From: Octopus vulgaris
Taxonomy: Eukaryota
Length of the DNA: 64,000 bases
Assembly: GCA_951406725.2 (NCBI GenBank)
Contig: OX597836.1
Span: forward strand, 20,398,001 to 20,462,000
Direction: 5' to 3'
Shown here piece after piece: positions 53,335-64,000 of this stretch (the first letter of the stretch is position 1; the number at the start of each line of letters is the position of its first letter). The notes under the pieces are model-generated. The model was not told where the DNA came from, did no database searches, and saw nothing but the letters and a program-made list of their open reading frames with translations. Both the position numbers and the translations under genes were made by a program.

Positions 53335-56300
53335 TTACACAAACCAATGTTAAATGATGATGATATGTAAACATACCTACATACATATATACATAGACAA
53401 ATACAAACATATATATATATATATTATTCTTTAACAAAAAAAGTAGTGATAGTGGCTTTGAAGTTTTGGCCTACCAAACAATCTTTAGACCATCCAATGA
53501 TGGCTTAGCAAGCCAAGACATCAGTCACTGTCACCACTCTTCTTGTAAAAATATAAATATGTCCTGTACAGAAAGTATGGAGTAATCTTTCAGTTTAATG
53601 TAAAAAGGTCTTATTATAACGTAACATAAACACAAACATTTATATATATATGTCATATTTGCAGGAGAGGAATCTGGAAAAGGATTTAATATAAAGTAGA
53701 GAAATCAAGATAAAACATGTAATTTTTGTTTATTGGAATAACTCCTGTTATAGATTCTGACTGAAAGAAGGGGGGGAAACAAAAAACAAAAAAAAAACAA
53801 ACAAAAACCCTGGCAAAAATTCTCAACAAAGAATCATTGGTAATTGGTGATGTACTAACTTTAACAAATAGTATTACATAATCATTTCTAGTACAAGGTA
53901 AAAAAAAAATCAGAATATTTTATCTAGTGAGTGAAAAATGTGTGAAGAGAAATTATAGTTGAGTCAGTCAATCTCAGTGTATGACTGGTACTTAGTTTAT
54001 CAATCCTGGATAGAATGAATGGTGAAGTTGGCCTTGGCAGGATTGGAATCACTTCAATAAATATAAATATGAAATAACCATTTGTAGTGTAGGTTAAAAG
54101 ACCAGAATATTTAATCTAGTGGGTAAGAGACAGAGAGAGAGAGTGAGTGTTATAGTCAAGTCAGTCAATCTCAATGTATGATAGGTACTTATCTTATGAG
54201 GGTGAATTAGGCCTTGATGGGATTTGAACTCAAATCAAAAGTTTGATACTCCAACTACTTAAATTTAAGGTACATTTTTTATTATTTACACCCATTTCCT
54301 TTTCAAGGTGAAAAGTGTTTTTCCTATTGTTTTTCACGAGTTTTGAATGAAGCTGACTTTCAAAACTGTCAGAAATTACTCATTCTTTAGTTAAACTTTT
54401 CTCTGCAGCTGATAGTCTAGGCAAGAGACTGTCTCTATGCATTACTTCAGCCTGCTAGTAATGCATAGATAGTCAAAATGAACACTACAAGGTATCATCC
54501 AATGCTCTAATTAATTCTGCCAGTCTGCTATCTTAATCTGGTATTTTATTTACAGACACCCAAGAAGAATGAAAGACAAAGGTAACTTTGTTGGAATCTG
54601 AAATCAGAACATAAGCTGCTAGAATAAAAATCACAAGACATTTTGTCCACCGATTCTGCCAAACTGCAAAATTTCTAACTAAGAACATGGAGTGATACAC
54701 CGAAATACTGTAAGGTGTTCTGTCTGATTTTGAAAATGTATTTGTCTAGCAAGTGATTTGGTTTGAGACAGTGTGTTAAAACTAAAGCAAGTACAGTATG
54801 GAAGGCACATGTCATCGATTCAAAAACACACAAAAACTGTTAATTTAATCATTTATTACTTGGTGTCAAAATTTTCACTGCACTACCTATGACCTGGTCA
54901 CTGACATCATTCCACTGCAACTGGTTTGAAACTTGGTTGCTGATCAGTATATACAGGCCTCAGGATTTTAAATCAAAAATTATTTTTCTTTTTTCCCTCT
55001 CCCCTGCACAGGGTCATCACATAGTACCCCATAGTAGGTCAGTTATGTTGTCTGACAATCTACCAATTCTATCAGTCTGTTATCCCCTCTTGTTATTAAT
55101 ATAATAACAACGACATACCAATTAGGAAAAGCAAACTTAGAACCAATTCCAAGACAAAATGAAAATGGAATATTGACCCAGAGTTGTACTGAAGTTCATC
55201 AGAATATCGATTCTTTATGTATATAAGCAGCACTATTTTCCATCAGCTACAGTCACAATGTAACATTTTATCAATTATGTAAATATGGGGAGCGGAGGAT
55301 GGAAGAGGGAAATGAATTATTCACTTGAAGAAATAGCTTCATAATGAAGACAAACTTTTGAACTTTTGAATATTTATGCCAGGGAAAAATTATTTTTGTG
55401 CATGAATATATATGTGCGTGTGTACTCAGACACATATATATTCATGTATATATGTGTAATTGTGTGTGTGTATATATATATTTATATATATATGCACATA
55501 CGTGTGTGTATATATATATATAAATACATATATATATATACATACACACACATACATATATATGCATGCGTGTGTTACATGGTGCCCTTAAGTCTGGATC
55601 TACAAGAAATTTGCCAAAACACACACACACACAGTTATTCATTTTATATTTATATTTTGTCTCCTATAATAAAATTAATTACAATTTCCCTTTACAGCTC
55701 AATATGAATTCGAAACATGACAGATCACAGCAATGAAAAATTACTAAGATGCTTAGCACTGAAGTCAGCAGTAGCAATGTCTTCTCTGTTAAGATCCCTG
55801 TCTTGTTTATATAAGAACAGTTTTTTTTCAATGCAGTCATCTATCATTAGTTTTGAAATAATATTGAGCTGAAAACACACAATATTAATTTGGTTAGACA
55901 ATGAATAAAATAAAATAAACACAGTAAGAAAGTTTAATATATATATGTGTGTGTGAGTGTGTCTATGTGTGTGTGCGCACTTGCACACACACACACAAGG
56001 CATTTTTTCAGTGGGTTCATACTTTCGGGGACAGCCTATATGTATTGAGTGAATAATGCATTTTCATTAGTTTCAGCATTAAATATTTAATTAACCAGAG
56101 ACACGAAACAGCATCGATTAAAATATAAGTGAGTACAATTATATTTAACACATTTGCATGCACTCGGACATGAGAAGACCTTTCACTGCAGAAATAGTCT
56201 CAGGAGAAAATTCTTCTCAAAGACATTGAGTGAAAACACATTAATGGGCTATGAATGACATCATCAGAGTGTAGGAGGTCGTCTGATTAATAATAGTCTG

Positions 56301-57729
56301 TGCTTATTGAATTAGGGTGTGTGTGGCAGAATATACCAGAATGATGTACTTCATCCTTAATGTAATAGTCGAGCAGAATCAGTAATTAAACCAAACCTAA
56401 TTATTTTTGCATTGATTGTCAATTTAATATTCAAATTCAGAAAAATATGTGATTTTTAATTTATTCATGGGTATTTCTATATCAGGTCATGTCTGTCCAT
56501 TGTATTTATCTTTTATATTTTTAGTTTCAGTCATTGGACTGTGGCCATCTGGGGCACTGCATTGAAGAGTTTAGTTGAACAAATTAACCCCAGGACTTAT
56601 TTTTTAAGTCTTGCACTTATTTCATTGGTTGCTTTTGCTGAGCTGCTAAGTTATGAGAATACTCTTTTACTTGTTTCAGTCATTTGACAGTGGCCATGCT
56701 GGAGCACCGCCTTTTAGTCGAGCAAATCGACCCCAGGACTTATTCTTTGTAAGCCTAGTACTTATTCTATCAGTCTCTTTTGCCAAACCGCTAAGATACG
56801 GGGACATAAACACACCAGCACCGGTTGTCAAGTGATGTTGGGGCAACAGACACACAAACACACATATATATATATATATGACGGGCTTCTTTCAGTTTCC
56901 ATCTACCAAATTCACTCACAAGGCTTTGGTTGGCCTGAGGCTATACTATAAAAGAAGACACTTGCCCAAGGTGCCACGCAGTGGGACTGAACCCAGAACC
57001 ATGTGGTTGGTAAGCAAGCTACTTACCACACAGCCAGTCCTGTGCCTGTAAACAAATGTAAACAAACCAACACCAGTTGCCAAACAGTGGTGGTGATAAA
57101 CAGGGACAAACACAGATACACACGCAATTTCTGTCTACCAAATTCAATCACAAGGCATTGGTTGGCCTGGGGCTATAGTAGAAGACATTCAGCTAGGTGT
57201 TGTATGAGGACTGAACCCCAAACCACATTGTTGCAAAGCAAACCTCTTAACTACATAGCCATACCTCATAGTCTCTCTCTTTTTTTTTTAATTGTATCTC
57301 AATATTCACAATTTATGTTGACTGTAAGTTACTATAAATATAAATATTTATAGTAAAATATTTGGATTTCCATTTTGATACAAATGTAAATATCTTCTTA
57401 ATGTTTATTTTCTTCTTTTTCTAAAATTTAAATTAGCTTTCCCTTCTATTTCAATTTGCTTAAATACTCGTATCTTCTTGTGTTGAATTTATTTCTTTTT
57501 AAAATTTAAATGTGTTTTTTTACTTCTATTCTTCTCTGCTATGTGTTTAAATTGTTTCAAGAGCAAATTTAAGTTTGATTCATTTAAGAAATACTGCCAC
57601 TATACTAATTGCTATTAAATCAATAATTAACCATCAGTTTCAATAGAACTGTCTAGAAAAAAAGAATTCAAATATTACTAAGACTTATTTTTTTAATCTC
57701 TTTCCCAAATTTTTAATATGAAAAATTTT

Positions 57730-57981
57730 GATAGCATGTTGTCAAGGGAAGAATGCTACTGCTATTTAGCCCTAGGAAACACCGTTTCCTGTTGGACTTG
57801 ACACATTTCCTGTGTCCTTATGTTTTCGAAGTGGAGACAAGCACCTCCACCCAACACTTTGAAAAGATAAGGAGAGAGGAAATGTGTCAAGTCCAACAGG
57901 AAATGGGGTTTCCTAGGGCTAAATAACAGTAGCATTCTTCCCTTTTATGGGACTGTCACAATAAGTTGACAACATGCTATC
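57730..57981. mobile_element. MITE-like foldback element
   Basis: Termini gatagcatgttgtcaa / ttgacaacatgctatc with about 90 bp of further inverted identity (aagggaagaatgctactg...gacacatttcct). Confidence 0.8.
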
Positions 57982-58282
57982 ACTTTATCATGTTACTACT
58001 GCATAAATGTCTGAGAGATTTAGAAATATATTATTTCTATGAAAATTTTTTTTAAGAAAATAGAAAAAAAAATAGCGATCAAAAAACCAAAATAATTAGA
58101 AAATAACCTATTTGTTTTCAGAAGATTTGTTAAATTTTAAAAGATTTTAAAATAAATTTAATAAATTGATAAATTCTTATTGAATCATATTGGATTTTTA
58201 CTAATCCTCTGCATTATTATTTATATATTTTTAAAACTTACAATATCGCAATCATACATTATCTATCTATCTGTCTGTCTGT

Positions 58283-58337
58283 CAGAAAATTCAACAAAAC
58301 CTGTTACTCTGAGTAACAGGTTTTGTTGAATTTTCTG
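58283..58337. repeat. Perfect palindrome (27-bp arms, 1-nt centre)
   Basis: cagaaaattcaacaaaacctgttactc-t-gagtaacaggttttgttgaattttctg. Confidence 0.95.
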
Positions 58338-59561
58338 CTGCTTTAAATAAAGCATATTACTCTACCACTGGTATTTGAGTACTCTTTTTTCCACCTTGTT
58401 TCACATTTATGTGTTTACTCCGGTATATATATATATATATATACATACACACACATATATATTAAAGTGTTATTTGTCACAGGACAGGTAAATTTTGAAG
58501 AACATTTTTGCATTATGAGTAGTATTAGGAAACATTAAGGAATATAGTATACATACGACAATTATAATTTATCTTTTATAAAATTTCTTTGGGCTGATAC
58601 AAAATGATGAAATGAATACTAATTATCAAACAAAAAATATTTATTACTTTAAAACAAAATTAAAACAAATTCAATTTCTCGTGTGTGTAACCCCTCCCAT
58701 ATCTACCATCATTTATTCTTTCCTCCTGACACCAAGCCTAGTATGTGTACTCATCCTGTATCTTTTATGTCAACTCTTTCTATTTCCTCTCTCTATATGA
58801 TGTAAAGCATAGCTGGAGAATCAGTCAAACAACCAACCAACCAACATTTATATCCAGTATTATCAAAAAGATATTATCTGTAACCTATCACTGATGTTTT
58901 ACCTGAAAAGACATTGATATCATCAATATCTTTTAAGGGTGGAATCCAGAACATATGTTTAAATAAATTATCAATATGAACATTTATGACACAATATCTG
59001 TTCAACAATACGATTTGCAAATAAAAATTCCTTTAAAAAAAAAAATCAAATTCATTACAAAATTAAAAAGTAAAATTAAATTCATACATTATCAAAATGA
59101 TGATTTGAAGAAAATGAAATTGAAGCAATAACTGGAAGCATTTTGTCTGCTTCTCTACAGAATTGGCCAATCCATTGCTATTATAAATTCCATAATATGA
59201 ATAGGCATTGTATAATATGAATGAGCATTGTATGATGTGTATAGGGATGCCACATAACTGTAAAAAGGTAAAAATAAAAAAAAGGAAGGACTTCCAATTT
59301 TGGAAGAATACTTAAAAAATGAAAAATAATTAATAAAACTTGAGATTTTGCAACCACATTACCACAAGGAAAATAAATGTACATAATCTTTACATAATCT
59401 TTGAAGTGGTTTCAAGACAATAGATATTTAAATATTTACTACTGGATTTAAGTGTCTGATATGACTGGAGAGATTTAAATATAGAAATTACAGAGATTAA
59501 TATACAGAGCAGAGAAAATGTAAAAGACTAAAAAAAGGTAGCTGTCAAGAATTTTACTGAC

Positions 59562-59706
59562 CTCTGCTGTGTTTGCCTTTTGACTTGCCACCGCTTGTGT
59601 GAGACTCAGATTTGCGCATTCCCCCAGTACCTGAATTGCGCGTTGAAGATGTCCGAGAACCTGCTTTTAAGCGTCCGATTGTTAAAACAACTTTCCCCAT
59701 AAGTGT
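59562..59706 (-). CDS. MPDZ: MPDZ-like exon, last strand of the PDZ11-equivalent plus Ser/Gly/basic linker
   Basis: ttccag acceptor; TLMGKVVLTIGRLKAGSRTSSTRNSGTGGMRKSESHTSGGKSKGKHSR; donor AG|gtcagt, phase 1. An alternative phase-1 donor CAG|gtactg would end the exon at 59631. Not in the ORF track. Confidence 0.85.
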
Positions 59707-59781
59707 CTGGAAAAATAAGGAAGAGAAATAAATATCAGAAAATAAAAGTAAATGACTATCTTAAAAGTCTTTTACACAAAC

Positions 59782-59980
59782 ACTGTACTTTCTGGCATAC
59801 AAGTCGAATTTTTCAAACCAAAATTCAGAGACAAAAAGGGTAGGTCAAATTATACACTTAGACAACTTTGGAGGATCAAAAATTCCATGTGAAATGCAAC
59901 AGGTTTTGGGAAGATGATGATGATGATGTTTGAATATTTACACTACATACTGTGTTGATTTGTATGCCAGAAAATAAAAT
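59782..59980. mobile_element. Small decayed pogo/Tigger-like MITE
   Basis: tttctggcatacaagtcga / ttgatttgtatgccagaaa inverted ends. Confidence 0.45.
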
Positions 59981-61926
59981 ACACTGCCAAGAATGATAAT
60001 TTCTGACAATGACACATCTCCACATCTACATTTAAGCATCCACCCCATCTTTTGTTATGGGTGACTGTGGGTTGCTGTACCTGGAAAGTAACTCTCCTAT
60101 GCACAGGCCAGAGCAAGGTTTGTTTTATGGACGACCAGTAGTTGTCCATGCACATCAATCTCTCCTCATTATGCTACTGATGATGCCAATGGAAAGAGCT
60201 GCCTTAGAGCCAGTTCAGTCTGGCACCAGTGTTTCACAGTTCTGTTCTGGCACCAGTGTTTCATTGTTATTAGAACATAAAAAACCAAAAAAGATACAAG
60301 GCATCTCATCAGGTACTCTAACAGTTCTGCCATTCCTTTGCCATGAGTTCAAATTCTACCAAGGTTAACTTTGTCTCTCATCTTTTCATCATCATCATCA
60401 TCATCGTTTAACGTCCGTTTTCCATGCTAGCATGGGTTGGACGGTTCGATCGGGATCTGGGAAGCCAGAAGGCTGCACCAGGTTCCAGTCTGATCTGGCA
60501 GCGTTTCTACAGCTGGATACCCTTCCTAACGCCAACCACTTCGTGAGTGTAGTGGGTGCTTTTTACGTGCCACTGGCACAGGTGCGAGGCGAGGCTGGCA
60601 ACGGCCACGATCAGATTGGTGCTTTTTACATGACACCGGCATGGAAGCCAGTCAAAGTTGATAAAATAAAATGAAAAAATTAACACTAGGAAGAAGCAAT
60701 ATTCTTTTAACCAGCTTCTGCTATCTGATTGGTATTTATTTATTTATTGATTCTATGAAGTTGCAAGGCTAATTCTTGAGTCATACTGATCAGAATATGG
60801 ACTCAGAATGTAAAAGGACAGAACTAAATATGAAACCTGAAACTAGATCACTAACTGGTTTTTAAAATAAACAAAGTGAAGTCTACTCAATTAAATAAAA
60901 AAAAGAGATGAAAGGATCTGAAATAGACCCTCTGATGATTTCAAGGATGAGCATTCTAATTGTTTGGTAAACCCAACAACTTACTCCCTATTCAATTATG
61001 AAGCACATGACTAAGTATTCTGCAGGCACTGATAGTCTTAATATAATCCATGTACAGATCCAGTATGACTCAGTATATGACATGGTTGGACTCTTTGAAT
61101 AACAGGTACAGCCTAATGATTTAGCCTCCACACAATTTTTGTCTCCCCACCACCAACAGACACATGGCTCCCCTCTGTGTTTTGTTTTGGTAGGATTTGA
61201 ACCTAGAGCCAGTACAAAAGCCACAAAGCATTGTATTCGATGCTCTAACAACTCTGCCAACTCACCACCTCAAGACACTGATCCACAGATTTACCAGTCA
61301 CATTAATCTGACTAGTATGACATGTTAAAGATCATGAGTACTGCCCACCCATTTCTCTGACTAAATTCTAAAGCAAAAACCAAAAGACTAAAAATAACTA
61401 AAACCTCAATAAGCTTATGATACGTTCATTAAATGAAGCAAAAACAATAGAGAATGGAAGCTAGGCTGTGGTCGTCATGGATGGATAATGAAAACATCAT
61501 CCTTAATTGTATGATACTTGCCTTATTAACTCATAACATTGTCAATAAAATTACCCAGAATTCCCACATTAACTGAAATAATTGAAGGCAAAACAACAAA
61601 AATACTGTACTTAATAGAATTAACAATTAAATTGATTTTTTTTGTCTGTATGAAACTATAGAATTAGCTGTATAATAAACAGAATTGTTATATAATAGCC
61701 TAATGGAAATAGCTTTAAACACAATATTGTTGCATTAACAAATATGATTATCGTTAAAGGATATTTCTATGAGAATTATTGATAAATTTCATTCACTAAA
61801 CGACAATGACTGCGACTATTCCTCTTTTGAGGAGTTAACCTTAAGTTAATTCATCATAACAACGAGGAAGGCAAAAGCAGAAAAAAATAAATAAAAAAAA
61901 AGCAGCAAATAACAAAAATTCCATAC

Positions 61927-62043
61927 TTTCAGCACAGCAGCTGCATGGTCCTGCGTTGCTTGGCGCATATCTTCTCCGTTTACACTTAAAATTTGATCAC
62001 CTTGCATCAAACGGCCATCTGCTTCAGCCACACCACCACGGAC
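61927..62043 (-). CDS. MPDZ: MPDZ-like exon, second half of the PDZ11-equivalent
   Basis: tttttag acceptor, gtatgg donor; 117 nt, phase 0/0; [39 protein letters not shown]. Confidence 0.95.
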
Positions 62044-62612
62044 CTAAAAATAAAACATTATTCATTAATGAAGATTTCTTAGATTGGCCCAAGGCCAGAT
62101 ATTAAAGGAGGGAAGGGAGTGTTACGAATGATAGCACTGAACCCCAGTATTTTATCTTCTGTCTGTTACTTGTTTCAGTCATTGGATGGCAGCCATGCAG
62201 GAGCACAGCCTTGAAGGGTTTAGTTGAACAAATTCACTCCAGTACCTATTTTTCTAAGTTTGGTAATTATTCTATTGATGTCTTTTGCTGAATTGCTAAG
62301 TTATAGGGACATAAACAAGCCAACACATGTTTCCAAAGATGAATTATTCAAACCTCAAAGAGTTTCTCTCAACACATGGCTATGATGCTCCCCCATAACG
62401 TCTGCTTGTGATCAGAGATGCACATATCGTCAGTCACTAAGGGACATGCTCAAGTGGTTATAGCTAAACAGCTGACAAGCAAATTTGTGATGTTGAGCAG
62501 AATATTTGCTGTAGTCCATCTTTTATACCAAAACAAAAGATGTACATGATAACACTTCCAATCAGTTGAGCTCAGAAGCCATAAGAGCCACTGCCTGGTA
62601 CTGCATCACGGC

Positions 62613-62635
62613 AATTATTATTATCATCATCATCA

Positions 62636-62705
<70 letters not shown>

Positions 62706-62730
62706 CATCATCATCATCATTATTATTATT
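62613..62730. repeat. (ATT)n/(ATC)n microsatellite
   Basis: Direct reading; gives the poly-Ile ORFs. Confidence 0.95.
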
Positions 62731-63009
62731 AAGCTGGCAGAATTCTTACTGTGCAGGACAAAATACTTAGTAGCATTTCTTTTGGCTTTATGTTTTGAAT
62801 TCAAATTCCGTTGAGATCAACTTTGCATTTCATCATTTAGGGATCGATAAAATAAGTACCAGTTGAGCATTGGGGTTGATGTAATTTACTAGCTCCCACC
62901 CACCCCAAATTTCAGGTCTTGCTCCTATAGTAAAAAGGATTATTAAGTAAAAAGTGACTGAAATGAAGATAAGTTATTGTAATCCAAAGAATGTAGAAAT
63001 ATTACTTAC

Positions 63010-63234
63010 AATGTCTGATATATATACACCCACATCATTTCTTTTGCCAACAATACTGAGGCCAAGTCCTTTACCAGGTTTTTTCACTAATTCGATACTG
63101 AAGATGTCATAAATATCTTCTTCTTTTGTCAGTTGGTTATCTCGATAGATTAATAGCTTCACAAGTGTCGGAGTCTGGCGGAGAACTTGAATTGCTCTCT
63201 CATGAGTTGTGTCTTTAAGGTCTTCGTCATTAAC
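63010..63234 (-). CDS. MPDZ: MPDZ/PATJ-family multi-PDZ protein, internal exon (end of one PDZ, start of the next; about PDZ10-11 of vertebrate MPDZ). Gene continues upstream beyond the window.
   Basis: tttcag acceptor and gtaagt donor; 225 nt, phase 0/0; VNDEDLKDTTHERAIQVLRQTPTLVKLLIYRD...ELVKKPGKGLGLSIVGKRNDVGVYISDI matches the KKPGKGLGLSIVGKRND segment of MPDZ/PATJ. Confidence 0.95.
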
Positions 63235-64000
63235 CTGAAAAAGAGTAAAAGTAACACTGAAGTGTCCAACATCATAATTTTAACACCTACTTTTCCATGT
63301 TCTCATGGGTCAGATGATGAAATTTGAGATGGCAGATTTTCTAAGGCTGGATGTTCTTTCTGTTGCTAACCCTAAGTTAGTTAATGTGATGTTTCCCCCT
63401 AGTCCTTCAAACATGAACAACACAATCATCAGATATGTTTTCGTGGAAAATTTCAAATGGCTGACACTTGTATAATGGTGAGGTTTACTTTCACAATTAG
63501 AACATGATTCCAAAAAAAAACTTGAACCCACATACTCACTCACAATTACACACTGAAATAGAAACATATATACAATCATCACCATCATTTTAACAACCAC
63601 TTTTCCATGCTTGCACAGGTTAAATAGAATTTATTGAGGTAGTTCTATGGTTGAATGCCTTTCCAGACACCAACACTCACTTGTTTTCAAGCAAGATAAT
63701 ATTTCCCCATATCCACACATGCTTTTGCAGAATATTGGAAATGAATGACTCTGCTTACATGACAGTGAGGCTCATTTACAGTTATCATGCGATGTCAAGA
63801 CAAGGAGATAGGCTTCTTACAGTTTCCATTTACCAACTCCACTCACAAGGCTTTGGCTGGCGGAGGGCAATAGTGAAAAACACTTGTCAAAGGTGCTGTG
63901 CAATGGAACCAAACCTGACACCAAGTGGTTACAAAGAGAGCTTCTTAACCACACAGCCATGTCTGTATCAGTAGTATGTATGGAGAGCTCTGTACTGGGC

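Noticed and set aside
58875-58904. ttttcag|gtaaaa acceptor-like site
   Set aside because: Short pyrimidine tract, weak donor and early stop; not distinguishable from background.
62562-62814. Poly-Ile ORFs on both strands
   Set aside because: (ATT)n microsatellite.

Overview
AT-rich, microsatellite-dense eukaryotic DNA. The SINE, MITE and simple-repeat content is typical of a coleoid cephalopod, most likely Octopus (inference). The only clear protein-coding gene is the 3' part of a multi-PDZ scaffold gene (MPDZ/MUPP1-PATJ family) on the minus strand. Seven GT-AG exons between 63234 and 22995 splice in frame (1155 nt, 384 aa plus stop) and encode the last four PDZ domains, of which the first is partial. 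Reading the introns gives a candidate 30-nt frame-preserving microexon with neural-type splicing motifs, and candidate alternative last exons that would remove the last two PDZ domains. The rest is transposon-derived: tRNA/Nin-type SINEs, TTAA-flanked piggyBac-like MITEs, a hAT MITE, a decayed pogo element and RTE/CR1-type LINE relics. The most striking non-genic signal is a set of short elements, often palindromic and embedded in (TA)n, that carry type I hammerhead-ribozyme cores (CUGAnGA...GAAA...GUH) resembling those of Penelope-like elements. One copy retains all core nucleotides (3206-3263) and several are decayed. Almost all ORFs in the supplied track are microsatellite or repeat artefacts.
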